Assembly (NCBI RefSeq): GCF_032444005.1
Contig: NC_091289.1
Span: 22,444,001 to 22,508,000, forward strand
Direction: 5' to 3'
Origin: Ranitomeya imitator
Lineage: Eukaryota
DNA: 64,000 bases
In this document: positions 38,267 to 51,325 of the stretch, piece after piece
How positions within the stretch are numbered: the first letter of the stretch is position 1
How the letters are laid out: every line of letters begins with the position of its first letter
Program-made: the position numbers and the translations under genes
The notes under the pieces: generated by a model
The model's database searches: none
What the model was told of the DNA's origin: nothing
Seen by the model: only the letters and a program-made list of their open reading frames with translations

Positions 38267-39893
38267 CAGTGCAGACCAAAAGTTAGGACACATCTCATTT
38301 AAAGATTTTTCTGTATTTTCATGACTATGAAAATTGTGCATTCACACTGAAGGCATCAAAACTATGAATTAACACATGTGGAATTATATACTTAACAAAA
38401 AAGTGTGAAACAACTGAAATTATGTCTTATATTCTAGGTTCTTCAAAGTAGCCACCTTTTGCTTTGATGACTGCTTTGCACACTCTTGGCATTCTCTTGA
38501 TGAGCTTCAAGAGGTAGTCACCGGGAATGGTTTTCACTTCACAGGTGTGCCCTGTCAGGTTTAATAAGTGGGATTTCTTGCCTTATAAATGGGGTTGGGA
38601 CCAACAGTTGTGTTGTGCAGAAGTCTGGTGGATACACAGCTGATAGTCCTACTGAATAGATTATTAGAATTTGTATTATGGCAAGAAAAAAGCAGCTAAG
38701 TAAAGAAAAATGAGTGGCCGTCATTACTTTAAGAAATGAAGGTCAGTCAGTCCGAAAAATTGGGAAAACTTTGAAAGTGTCCCCAAGTACAGTGGCAAAA
38801 ATCATCAAGCGCTACAAAGAAACTGGCTCACATGAGGACCACCCAGGAAAGGAAGACCAAGAGTCACCTCTGCTTCTGAGGATAAGTTTATCCGAGTCAC
38901 CAGCCTCAGAAATCGCAGGTTAACAGCAGCTCAGATTAGAGACCAGATCAATGCCACACAGAGTTCTAGCAGCAGACACATCTCTACAACAACTGTTAAG
39001 AGGAGACTTTGTGCAGCAGGCCTTCATGGTAAAATAGCTGCTAGGAAACCACTGCTAAGGACAGGCAACAAGCAGAAGAGACTTGTTTGGGCTAAAGAAC
39101 ACAAGGAATGGACATTAGACCAGTGGAAATCTGTGCTTTCGTCTGATGAGTCCAAATTTGAGATCTTTGACTCCAACCACCGTGTCTTTGTGTGGCGCAG
39201 AAAAGGTGAACGGATGGACTCTACATGCCTGGTTCCCACTGTGAAGTATGGAGGAGGAGGTGTGATGGTGTGGGGGTGCTTTGCTGGTGACACGGTTGGG
39301 GATTTATTCAAAATTGAAGGCATACTGAACCAGCATGGCTACCACAGCATCTTGCAGTGGTATGCTATTGCATCCAGTTTGCGTTTAGTTGGACCATCAT
39401 TAATTTTTCAACAGGACAATGACCCCAAACACACCTCCAGACTGTGTAAGGGCTATTTGACCAAGAAGGAGAGTGATGGGGTGCTACGCCAGATGACCTG
39501 GCCTCCACAGTCACCAGACCTGAACCCAATCGAGATGGTTTGGGGTGAGCTGGACCGCAGAGTGAAGGCAAAAGGGCCAACAAGTGCTAAGCATCTCTGG
39601 GAACTCCTTCAAGATTGTTGGAAGACCATTCCCAGTGACTACCTCTTCAAGCTCATCAAGAGAATGCCAAGAGTGTGCAAAGCAGTCATCAAAGCAAAAG
39701 GTGGCTACTTTGAAGAACCTAGAATATAAGACATATTTTCAGTTGTTTCACACTTTTTTGTTAAGTATATAATTCCACATGTGTTAATTCATAGTTTTGA
39801 TGCCTTCAGTGTGAAGTTACAATTTTACATAGTCATGAAAATACAGAAAAATCTTTAAATAAGAAGGTGTGTCCAAACTTTTGGTCTGTACTG
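38267..39893 (+). mobile_element. Tc1/mariner family A, full length; transposase ~38678-39729 disrupted
   Basis: TA TSDs at 38265-38266 and 39894-39895; ~200-bp TIRs. SDESKFE, QQDNDPKH and SPDLNPIE present. Early TGA and a frameshift. Confidence 0.94.
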
Positions 39894-40933
39894 TACATAC
39901 TTTAAAAAAAACTCACATGTTCATTACTCATTAACAGTTCATACCGAAAAGCTTATTATTACTCCTATTGAAAGACACTGTAGCTAATCCATTTGAAAAT
40001 CAACTGACACATCCACAGCAGATTTTAAAAAAATGTTTCATTTTCAGATTTTTAGTGCAGGTACATTTACTTAAAAATACATATCAAGTTTGTTCCGGTC
40101 CATGACAGAGGCCAATCTTACTGCATAGACATAGTATGTGAACCAAGCCTATTTTATGTATATAGTACCAGATCCATGAATAGATACAGTACCAGAACCA
40201 AGCGTATTATATGAATATAGTACCAGAGCCATGAACAATGTATAGATACTGTACCAGAACCAAGCTTAATGTATACATGAAGTAACAAAAGAATGCATAC
40301 TACATAGACAGCACCAGAAACAAGCACATATACAGTTGAAACCAGAAGTTTCCATACACTATATAAAAAGACACGGGTGCATGTTTTCCTCAATATCTGA
40401 CATCAAATCAGAAGAAACCTTTCCCGTTTTAGGTCACTAAAGGTTTCTTAGAACATGTCCTGTTTGATCTGGTTATCATATATGTTTTTTCTCCCATGTC
40501 TCCCCCCTTTCTACAAATATTTTCGGATACCTTCTTTTAAATGAACAAGAATAAATCTGATTTTACCCACAACGTACCGGGAGCTGGATCATTTTCTTTC
40601 CTGTACTACATAGACACAGTACAAAAATCAAGCTTATTATGTTTCTAGTACCGGAACCATGCATTCTGCATACACACAGTACCAGAGCCAAGCTTAATAT
40701 ACCCATGTAGTAACAGAACCATGCGTACTACAGAGACACAGTACCAGAGCTTATCATATCAGTAGCAGAGACAGACAGAAGAGGACCCCTGTGCAAAGAT
40801 ATATGGGCCCTTTGTAGTCAAAATATTCAGGATATTGGACACCTCCAACTACAGTAGTTTAGAGGTGGAAGTGGGCCCACTTGTCTCTTGGGCCCCTGTG
40901 CAGCTTTACAGGTTGCACCAATGATAGGTCTGC

Positions 40934-41726
40934 TGTTGTGAATTCTGTTTTCGAACTCCCTCCTGTGGTCATGAATGGTACTTCGGCGAGTTCTGTCCAT
41001 GGACTCCCTCTGGTGGCTGTGAGTGGAGCTGCTGCTTCTGAGGTTCCTTCCACAGGTGATGTAGTTTATTCGTTGGCTGGCTGTTCTATTTAACTCCACT
41101 CAGATCGTTACTCCATGCCAGCTGTCAATGTTCTTGTACTGGTTCAGTTTGCTCCTGGATCTTTCTGGTGACCTGTCTACTCCAGCAGAAGCTAAGTCCC
41201 TGCTAGTTATTTATTTGTTCATTGTTTCCTTGTCCAGTTGGCTATCATGATTTTGTCTTGCTAGCTGGAAGCTCTGGGATGCAGAGTGGCACCTCCGCAC
41301 CGTGAGTCGGTGCGGAGGTCTTTTTGCACACACTGCGTAGTCTTTTGTAGTTTTTTGTGCTGACCGCAAAAATACCTTTCCTATCCTCTGTCTGTTTAGT
41401 AAGTCTGGCCTCCCTTTGCTGAAACCTGTTTCATTTCTGTGTTTGTGACTTCATCTTAACTCACAGTCAATATATGTGGGGGGCTGCCTTTTCCTTTGGG
41501 GAATTTCTCTGAGGCAAGGTAGGCTTTATTTTCTATCTTTAGGGCTAGTTAGCTCTTAGGCTGTGAAGAGGCGTCTAGGTCGTGTTAGGTACGCTCCACG
41601 GCTATTTCTAGTTGTGTGATAGGATTAGGGGTTGCGGTCAGCAGAGTTCCCACTTCCCAGAGCTTGTCTTGTGTGAGTTTAACCATCAGGTCGTTCCGGG
41701 TGCTCCTAACCACCAGATCCATAACA
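40934..41726 (+). mobile_element. Solo LTR, 793 bp
   Basis: TGTTGTGAATTC...CATAACA. 6-bp TSD GTCTGC at 40928-40933 and 41727-41732. Confidence 0.88.
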
Positions 41727-42339
41727 GTCTGCCCTTGTATATGTATAGAATACCAGATCCATGCATACTGCATACACAATAGCAGAACCAAGCTTTTTCT
41801 ATGGATGTAGTACAACAACCAAGTATGCCAGACAGTACCAGAACCAAGCTTGTTATACGTATTGTGGTAGATCAGTTCACTCAGCGGTACACGGAGGTAG
41901 AAATAGCAACACTGTCTCTTTAAGTCCTTCACGGTTGGATTTATTAGGTACATGTGGCATAAACCATGGTGAAGTAAAATAAATATGGCCCTTTGGGCAA
42001 AACAGAAAAAAACAAAACAAAATGATATCTCACAGTCCATATGACTGCGGGGATTCGTTCGCTCAGGGTTCAGTTAAGCACCAACACAAGCACTTTCCTA
42101 GAGTTACTCTCTCCCAAACATACTGAACACTGATTGCCTCTGGAGGCTGACTATTTAAGCTCCAGTCCACACCCTGGGGTGGAGATAAGGTTGGACAACC
42201 TGCTCTATGGTTGTCCACAAAAACCCAGCCCTTAAACAAGAAGGCTGATTAACCCCTCTCAGCACACTGTGCTGGAGCAAAACTTCTGGGTTGAAAATCA
42301 CTGAAGAATATAAAAGAGGTAAGCTAATTATATTTATAT

Positions 42340-42900
42340 AATACCAGAGCCATGAATGCTTCATAGACACAGTACCCGAACCAAGCTGATTATATGTATT
42401 TAGAACCAGAGTTATGCATACTACATAGACACAGTACCAGAACCAAGCTTATTATATGTATTTAGAACCAGAGCTATGCATACTGCATAGTAAAAGTTCC
42501 AGAACCAAGCTTATTATATGTATTTAGAACCAGAGCTATGCATACTGCATAGTAAAAGTTCCAGAATCAAGCTTATTATATGTATTTAGAACCAGAGCTA
42601 TGCATACTGCATAGTAAAAGTTCCAGAACCAAGCTTATTATATGTATTTAGAACCAGCGCTATGCATACTACATAGACACAGTACCAGAACCAAGCTTAT
42701 TATATGTATATAGAACCAGAGTTATGCATACTACATAGACACAGTACCAGAACCAAGCTTATTATATGTATATAGAACCAGAGTTATGCATACTGCATAG
42801 TAAAAGTTCCAGAACCAAGCTTATCATATGTATGTAATACCAAAACTATGCGTACTGTATATACACACATAGTAGAAGAACCAAGTTTACAGCATAACGT
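42340..42900. repeat. 62-bp tandem minisatellite; degenerate relatives extend from ~40120 to ~43000
   Basis: AGAACCAAGC recurs at 42439 and 42501. Two alternating sub-variants (ACAGTACC vs AAAAGTTCC). Confidence 0.88.
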
Positions 42901-43505
42901 ATCAGAAATGTACTGCATAAATACATAGAACGTTTACAACACGGATGTGGAACCAGATCAAGGATTAGGCTATGTTCCCACCATGAGTATTTGTTGCTGT
43001 ATAGTACTTGTGTAATTTTCCTTAGGGGGGGGGAGGATATGCATTTTGTTTCATTTTCATCAAAGAAAAGAAAAAACATTTTGGTACAGTGTTAGCCAGT
43101 TGAAAAAAAAAAAAAAAGATTGATTGCTCTCAGTAGGAAAAACAAAAATAATCTTGTAGATATTTTCCTTTTGTTAGCCATTAAAAGGCATCATAAGTGA
43201 TGTTACAAAGCAAGCTTTCGAGACCACTTATTGTGGTTCTCTTCAATTTCAGCAGTCTCGAAAGCTCGCTTTGTATCACTTATTTTATTTTCGTTAGCCA
43301 TCAAAAAGGTATAACTACAAGATCATTATTTTGTTTCTACTATTGAGAGCAATCAATCTTGTTTTCTTTTGGTGGGTCATGTTTTAATGAAAAGTGCTTC
43401 ATTTTGGAAAACTTCCTTTTCTAGCTTTGATAATACTATTGACACAATCATCATGAGTGGATTACATCAATTTTTCTTTGTGCATTTCCTCTGCAGAAAC
43501 ATAAA

Positions 43506-44090
43506 GGGTATGTGCACATGTCAGAATTTCTTGCAGAAATTTTCCTGACAAAAAACGGACATTTCTGCCAGAAATCCGCATGCGTTTTTACCGCGATTTT
43601 ACCGCGTTTTGGTGCGTTTTTTCCCAAATGCATAGAATTGCGGGAAAAATGCAGAAAATCTGCAAACATAATGAACATGCTCATTTTTTTACCGCGATGC
43701 GTTTTTTTTCGCGGAAAAAAACGCATCCATGTGCACAAAACATGCAGAATGCATTCTAAATGATAGAATGCATAATGTATGCGTTTTTAATGAGTTTTTA
43801 TAGCGTTTTTAGCGTGAAGTAAGATTGCCTTGCGCAGGCGTGTACTATGGAGGACAGAGAATGAACTTCAATCCAATATTGCAGCCAGCATGCAGCCAGC
43901 GGGTAAGGAAAGGGTGAATCAAACACCCAAAAACCCCGCCTCCATGGCTGAAGATTGTTCCCTCCAAATTCAGGTGACAGTGTCCCTTTAAAGAAAAGAA
44001 AAATATGAAAAACGCACAAATTTTATGTATTGTTTTTCCTGTAACACAAAAGAATTTCCTGCTGCAAAAACTGAACATGTGCACATATCC
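43506..44090. mobile_element. Nested Tourist-like MITE containing a half copy of the TTAA MITE (43821-43987)
   Basis: GGGTATGTGCACATG...CATGTGCACATATCC termini. Confidence 0.7.
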
Positions 44091-44093
44091 TAA

Positions 44094-45174
44094 GGTCGAT
44101 TTCACACATCCAGATATTTCCGGTAACGGAAAAATCAGTACCGGAGATATCCGTGTCCGTGTGCTCACATGGTACATCCGTGTGGCACACGTGCGACAGC
44201 TGTGTGCCGTATCAGGACCACACGGATGGCAACCGGGAAGCAGCGCTACAGTAAGCGCTGTCCCCTTCGGGTGGTGCGGAACGCGGCTTTCCTCCATTGT
44301 CCCATGCTCTGCCGGCAGCAGCGCGAGCAAGGAACAATGAATGAAAGAAAACCCGACGTGCGGTCCCCCTATATTTTCCAACCAACCCGGAAAAACTCAC
44401 AGGTGTGGGCTGCTATTCTCAGGCTGGTAAGGGGCCATGGATATGGGCCCCCCAGTTTAAAAAAAGCAGCCCACAGCTGCCCAGAAAAGGCGCCGTGAGC
44501 TGTGTGTTTCATTACATACTTTTTTCTTACTGTGTGTGTGTGTGTGTGTGTGTGTTTTATTAACTCTTATTAACTGTGGGATTAGTAATGGAGAGGTGTC
44601 TTATTGATATCTCTCCATTACTAAGCCGGCTTAATGTCACCTTACAATAGCAAGGTGACATTATCCCCTTATTACCCCATATGCCACTGCTACAGGGCAG
44701 TGGGAAGAACGGGGCAAAGCTCCAGAATTGGCGCATCTAATAGATGCGTCTTTTCTGGGCAGCTGTGGGCTGCTTTTTTAAGGCTGGGGGGACCCATATC
44801 CATGGCCCCTTACCAGCCTGAGAATAGCAGCCCGCACCTGTGAGTTTTGTCGGGTTTTCTTTCATTCATTGTTCCCTGCTCGCGCTGCTGCTGGCAGAGC
44901 TGGGGACAATGGATGAAAGGCGCGTTCAGCACCACACACAGGGGATAGCAGCTTACAGTAGCGCATCTTCCCCAGCGGCCTGTCCGTGCGTACGGAGGAC
45001 AGTGTACTGTGGTACGTGCTGCCGTTAAAAAACGGACATGTCTACGTGTTTTGCACACGGACACATGGTCCGTGAAAACATGCTGACATGTGCAGGGTCT
45101 ACGTGTGTCAGTGTCTCCGGTAATGAAGGAAACTGTCACAACACGTACCGGTGGCACTGACATGTGATACCGCC
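44094..45174. mobile_element. Nested Harbinger-type MITE
   Basis: TAA TSD at 44091-44093 and 45175-45177; imperfect TIRs. Internal block is shared with 11561-13791. Confidence 0.7.
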
Positions 45175-46095
45175 TAAGACGCTGCAATTTTTTTGAGAAT
45201 ATGCACCAAATACTCAGTGTGGGAACGTAGCCTTAAAACCCAAATCCGATACCACCGTCTGGTCGCCCTCATGCCGAAAATAAAGGACCGCAAATAGTGA
45301 AAGAAAACTTCAGCAGCAACTATAAGAGATACCAAATGCACGGACACAGTCGCACGCACGCCTCTTCGCCAGGTGCGCCAACGCAGCTACACACACACAC
45401 ACCTACGCAGCTGTGCTAGTGCACACACAGGAGCGCCGTAGAAATGAATGGCTTCTTACCGCACAGCAGGTGAGGCAGGAGTTGGTAGCATTTTGGGACA
45501 AGTGAAATAAGGCCAGGAGCAGAAGGCCCACCTGTGGGGGCACGGGATCCCTGACTTTACACTGTACAGGTTGCGGGAGGGACTATTTTAAGTCTTTTCC
45601 TCTCCGCTGTCTCCCCAGAAATGCTATTTACCTACAGGTATAGGGTTACTTCACAGGTACATGCCCAGTAAGTTTTCTAAAGCAGCAGCAAAAGGGAAAA
45701 AAAAAAAAAATTTCTATCTTCCCTGTAGCCGCTGGCTTCCAGTCACTGGGACGGTGCAGGGAGTGATTAGTCACTGACCAATTCACTGTGAGCGCGGCTG
45801 TAATGACTCACTGACAGCTCGATCTGCACACGCTCCTCTCAACACAACATGCGGGCACGTGACCGCCGTCCATTGGTGCCGTGAACCCAGAGGAATTGGG
45901 AGAGTGTGTGCATCGCAAACGGTCACGATTCGGCAGTGTACAATTGCGTAAAGACTAAATTACTAAAGACTTTTTTTTTTTATCTTCGGAAAACCTCTTT
46001 AAAATATTTTTGTCAACAATTTTTAAAATAATTTAAAAAAAAAAACACAGGGAAAAAGACAAACAGATGACACACTGGTTAAAAAAACAAACATC

Positions 46096-46101
46096 TTTAT
46101 T
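46096..46101 (-). terminator. Candidate poly(A) signal for the SLC16A7-like transcript
   Basis: Minus-strand AATAAA followed ~20-50 nt downstream by a GU/U-rich tract (GTGTGTCATCTGTTTGTCTTTTT). Confidence 0.45.
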
Positions 46102-46663
46102 TGGTAGTATGGAACAATGTCAAATCAGCTGCCATCAGCTCTGTATTAATCTATGAACAAAAGAGATTGTCAAGCTTGGAGGACAAAAGAGATTTCTCTT
46201 TTTAAAGGGGTCGCCAAGCTTTGAGGACACTTTTTACACAGGTATTTTATAGTTTTTTTTTTGTTTTGTTTCCCCGCACATTCAATTTAATGTGGTCTGT
46301 TTTCATAAATCAGCTGAGAGGCTCAGAAAAAGACAATCTCACCGAGCTCACTAATGGATTCTCAGTTGACTCATTCTGTACCCAGCAATAGACAGCGCAA
46401 CACAGAGACGAAAGAATGTAAATGATGCATAAGTTTTTAATGAAACCCAATTGTAAAAATTAATTTTTAGTCCCAATTTCATCTAAAAATAAAAGTATAT
46501 AAAAGTGGACAACCCCTTTAAGGATTAAAGTAGCTCATTATACAAGGGAGGGGAGTAACTAATCAAAATAACCATAATTATCAAATATTTTAGGCACTTT
46601 TTATGGCATACTTGACAAGGGCATGGTTTAGCTGGAAAGTGGGAGTGTCTTAAGATGTGCAAA

Positions 46664-46801
46664 NNNNNNNNNNNNNNNNNNNNNNNNNNNNNNNNNNNNN
46701 NNNNNNNNNNNNNNNNNNNNNNNNNNNNNNNNNNNNNNNNNNNNNNNNNNNNNNNNNNNNNNNNNNNNNNNNNNNNNNNNNNNNNNNNNNNNNNNNNNNN
46801 N
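46664..46801. other. Assembly gap (138 N)
   Basis: N run. Confidence 1.
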
Positions 46802-47256
46802 CTTTTTTTTGGGGGGGGGGGGCGGATGCAGATGCTCCTTTACACAAGGGTGAATTTTGTTCTACGGTATTCAAAAGGTTCACAAATAAAGAATTGGAGA
46901 ATAAATATCACCACAAATATATAGAAATGGGACAGATTTACGACACGGTCTTTGTTGCCCCATAGCAACCAATCACTGCTCGGATTTGTTTCACCAGCAC
47001 AATACGGAATGAAGGCAGCGCTATGATTAGTTGCTATGGGCAACAAGGGCAGTTTGTTTTTTTTAAATGATTCAAAAATTTCCCTCAACTGGTCTAAGAT
47101 TTGAAAAATCTGTCTAATTTAAAATTAACTTACCTTGTTACCCATGGCAACCAATAACAGATCCGATCTTAAAAGATTAACGCTGCACTGTGATTGGTTG
47201 GTTTGGGAAACAAAGATATATTTGAAAAATGTGTGTTCCAGACATCGCTCAGTTAA

Positions 47257-48080
47257 AGGAGTGGACTGAAATACAAATACATTTTTATCCTAAATGCCCA
47301 TCTAATGCCATAATCTAATCGATTTTCTAACATAGTTTCATTAAAAATTCCCTATTCTTCCCTTACTATACTATTTAACTGCTTTTTTTTTCTTTTTTCC
47401 AACTTCCCTTTTGATGACGTTTCTTTTGAGAGTTCCCAGGGCATGCTATGATAGTCAAATGAAGCGTCATCAGGGGGAAGAGGCTGCGGTGCCTCCCTGA
47501 AACGAAGCTGCAACTGTGGTGACCTTCGTTCCATGAGCTGAGCTAGTCCCTGGTTTGTCACTGTACAATGTGCTCAATGACAGTGCACTCTCTCACCGGC
47601 TCAGATCAATAGTAGTGAGCTGGCAACAGTGCGCACTGTCAGTGCGCGTTGTAAGACTACCCAGCGTGCAGGCGCCTGAGTTGCACCAACAAGTAACTTG
47701 CGGGTACAGAACTGGTCTTTGCATGCCGGGTATTCGTCTTACAGTGCACACTGACAGCCTGCTCGGTTGCCGGCTCATTACTACTAATATCAGTCTGCGA
47801 GAGAGCGCACTGTCATTGTGCACTTCACACAGTGACAGTGCAGGGACTAGCCCAAACCCTGAAACGAAGTGACCGCTGCCTCTACACCTTGATGACTGTT
47901 CATTTGACGATCCCAGCATGCACTGGGAATTCTTAAATGAAGTGTCATCAAAAAGGAAGCTGTTAGATAGTATAGTAAGGGAATGATAGGGGATTTTTAA
48001 TTAAAGTATGTTAGAAAATATATTAGATTATGGCAATAGGCATTTTGGAGAAAAATGTATTTGCATTTCAGACCACCCTT
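47257..48080. mobile_element. TTAA MITE with long imperfect inverted arms
   Basis: TTAA at 47253-47256 and 48081-48084. Termini AGGAGTGGACTGAAAT / ATTTCAGACCACCCTT. Confidence 0.7.
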
Positions 48081-49137
48081 TTAAAGTGCAAATTGTATAC
48101 TGTTTCCTGAGAGTAAAAAAGCCTTGTAGGCATAGTGCATGGCATAGAGCAGTCTGAAAATTGTAGCCATACCATGATTTATTCTTAATAACCCCACCGC
48201 TCTACTTGGAAATGGAAATAGACAACAGCCCTCCACTTAAAGGAATGGCGGTCTGGGGTGTCTCGTTCTAGCGGCTCTCTGTGACCCCCCCTTCAATCTA
48301 CCATTTATTACCTATTCTGTAAATGGATTATATATATTTTTGGCTGCAATACCCCTTTAAATATCGTCGAGACAGACATTTACTGTCAAACAAATTACAA
48401 TTCAAGGCCTAGGCACTTCACTCTTTCAGTGGTGACCCCTTTTTGGATATTCACTAACATAATCCATGCTGTCTACCCAGAATGGAGACCATATATAAAA
48501 GCCTCAATCACCAATGACTGATCAATTACGATTATACTAAAGTGGTTGTCCCCTACCGATCAACAGTAGAAGCTGAAGAGGTCACCATTTTGCCAATAGC
48601 GGCCACTGCTTGAGAAGTGTGTCATTACATGTGGTCCACTCAAATTAAATGAATGAGAATGTGGTCAGAAGTCCTCCAAAGCAGAAGACCCTCTTTGTAC
48701 TTGCTCTACACTTTTGATCAAAGAGGGGGCTCATAAGCAGGACATATATACACCTCTAAGACATTTTTTATTAACTTTGGCTGATAAAAAATTTAGAAAA
48801 CCCCCATGATCATTATTTTATGTCAGATATCTCATGTTTCGTGAATCCTGTTGTATATTACAGATTTAGGTTGGGAGCTCATCGAAGTATCTTATGTCAT
48901 CCTTGTAGGGGGTTCATGTGATATCTGTAGTTTACAGAGGTCTGTTGCCTTCATTTGGGGTTTGTATTTTCTCTGTCCCAGGTAGAGACATTTCCTGTGG
49001 TCCAATACAACTCTTGACACCCCATATTGGGGCAGAGTTTGTGCTACCAGTACACACAGAGGACCAGAAAGAGAACAAAAAATTCCAATGTGAAGATCCC
49101 ACCAAATAACTACAAATGTCCTGAAGTGCTACCATCG

Positions 49138-49421
49138 TTAATGGCCTGATCCGTTCACATCTTCACATTTGGATGGAGGTACCTCATTGCCATTTTTTGG
49201 CTTTTCACCATCGCAAACTTGATCATAATCCTTTTTGTTCAAACTGGCACCATCCTTCATTTCTATATCGTTCCGCTCTTGGTTTTGAGATTTTGCCTCT
49301 TTCCTCAGCATACGGTAGTTGTAAAAGTTCCCAGCGAAAAGGAAGAGACCAGCAAATACCATAATGGCCCCACATTCAAAAAACATGTATTTGTAGTCTC
49401 CAAAGGTATCTACAATAGCAC
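49138..49421 (-). CDS. SLC16A7: Monocarboxylate transporter 2-like, last coding exon (TM12 and C-tail)
   Basis: AG acceptor at 49422-49423, phase 1. GAIVDTFGDYKYMF...GNFYNYRMLRKE matches the MCT1/2 pattern. TAA stop at 49138-49140. Confidence 0.88.
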
Positions 49422-49784
49422 CTGTAAGAAATAAAACATACAAATATTAGGACCCTACAACATACAGGTCAGCAAATGTCTTATGTACATCAGAGAAGGT
49501 CACGTTGGTGACGCCTTTGAGGTCTATAGAACGTATAAGGATTTTTTATACTGTTTGTAGATTTCTGAGAATCTGATGTTCATTCTCAAGATCTATTAAA
49601 CACCTGTCTCTGGTCTGTACTCAGCTCCCTACAACCCGGTCCACTAGACTTTCTTGTGCTCCACATCGGGCTCCCATGTGTTGAGCTTCCTAGGCCCACA
49701 TAAGGCCTACCCAGACACACACCTCTGTCTTGGTATTAAGATTTGTAGTTTGCCTGTGCACAGTTCCCTCAGTTCCCTGTCTAC

Positions 49785-50100
49785 AGTCTTCACGACACCT
49801 CCCAGCTGCCTGCGGCTTCCAGTTCCTCAGTTACCAATCTGCCTGCTGCTTCCAGTCCCTCAGTTATCTCTATACCTGCGGTCTTCAGTACCTCCACAAG
49901 CTGTCTACAGTCTTCAGGACATCTCCTAGCTGCCTGCGGCTTCCAGTTCCTCAGTTACCGATCTGCCTGAGGCTTCCAGTCCCTCAGTTATCTGTACGAC
50001 TGCGGTCTTCAGTACCTCCACAATCTGTCTACAGCCTTTGAACGTCTCCAGTCTGCTTGCGGCTTACAATTCCTCAGCTACCTCTCTGTCTGCAGCCTTC
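49785..50100. repeat. ~124-bp tandem repeat, about 2.5 units, intronic
   Basis: Unit starts recur at ~49788, ~49912 and ~50037. Confidence 0.75.
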
Positions 50101-50464
50101 ATTATCTCTGCTAATGGTCTCCTATCTGCTATCTGTGTCATGCGTGTCTCACCCGCCTGCTGCACCGATACATGTCGCCCGTGTGCCCACCTGGACCTTG
50201 GCCTTACATGATACACCCCACCTAGTGAGCCCTTTGACAAAATCATGTTTTGCAACTTTGTCAGGCTGGGGAGCTGAAAAAGCTCCAGGTGAATGTATCC
50301 ATTCATTTATTTAATGGATGCCTAAAGAGTGTCATATTGCCAGCTTTTCGAATGGATTGCTATCCGACAAAAGGCTCAAAAATGATATGTACAAACCCTA
50401 AAAAAAAATTATATAATAACCCAAATATAAAAAAGTAATAAAATAAATATATAAGACAAATTAC

Positions 50465-51325
50465 CTCCAATTGGGGGTCCCAGTAGAAGAGGGACACATT
50501 CCACAATGGTGACCAGTCCAACAGCACTTGAAAATCGTTTTGCTCCGACAAGATCCATGAGAGTTTCAAAAAGAAGAGCACAAACCATGCCAAATGCTAA
50601 TCCAAAGAACACAGAGTACACAACGAGACCAACATATCCTGTTGCAAAAGGGCACATAAGGTGGCAGAAACCATTAAAAGTCACGGCAAAGCTAAAAAAG
50701 TATTGGACTCTCGCCCTGATCCATTTAGTGTTGGCAATCATACCAGTGGCCGGTCTAGCGATCATATCAACGATGGCAAGTATGGACAATAAGAAGGCCG
50801 CTGAGTACTCATCAACGCCAAGGTGCTTCCCGTAAGGAGCCAAAAACACTATAGGGGCATAGAAGGCAAGAAACATCAAGACGTTTCCTATGAGGTAGAT
50901 CAAGAAGCCTCTGTGCTTAAACAAAGTCAAGTCTAAGACCTTATTGAATCTAGTAAAACAGCTTTCTTTCGCTTTTGATGGAGGGTTCTGCCCCTTTTGG
51001 GGTTCTTCTTCTGGATTCATGTTTACTTTCTCTGGGTCCATGTCTTGGATTGGCTTGTTTTTGCCCTTTTTGGCTTTCAACGTCTTAGGGCCAATCGGTC
51101 GGAAGAGAGCCCCTGCAATGCAGCAGTTAAGCAGAGTGGCCCCCAAAATAAGGAAGCTTCCTCTCCAGCCATACTCATCAAACAGAAACTGATTCAGAGG
51201 GGCAAGCGTGGAAAGTATAACCGGACTTCCTGCCATCGCGAGGCCATTGGCTATGGGGCGTTTTTTCAGAAAATATTTCCCTATTACGATAACTGATGGC
51301 TGAAGGTTCATAGAAAAGCCAAACC
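50465..51325 (-). CDS. SLC16A7: Monocarboxylate transporter 2-like, large internal exon (861 bp)
   Basis: NLQP...GKYFLKKRPIANGLAMAGSP, FKHRGFLIYL, DEYSAAFLLS, VDMIARP, FETLMDLVGAKRFSSAVGLVTIVEC. Canonical AG/GT with phase 1 at both ends. Confidence 0.92.

Larger units (their letters stand above)
42968..45232. mobile_element. Tourist-like MITE carrying nested insertions
   Basis: TIR GGCTATGTTCCCAC / GTGGGAACGTAGCC. TTA TSD at 42965-42967 and 45233-45235. Confidence 0.7.

Noticed and set aside
45240-45700. CpG-enriched segment with TATTTTAA and a CA|GTAAGT donor-like site, as a possible plus-strand promoter or first exon
   Set aside because: Motifs are short and expected by chance; no downstream exons are identifiable without transcript data.
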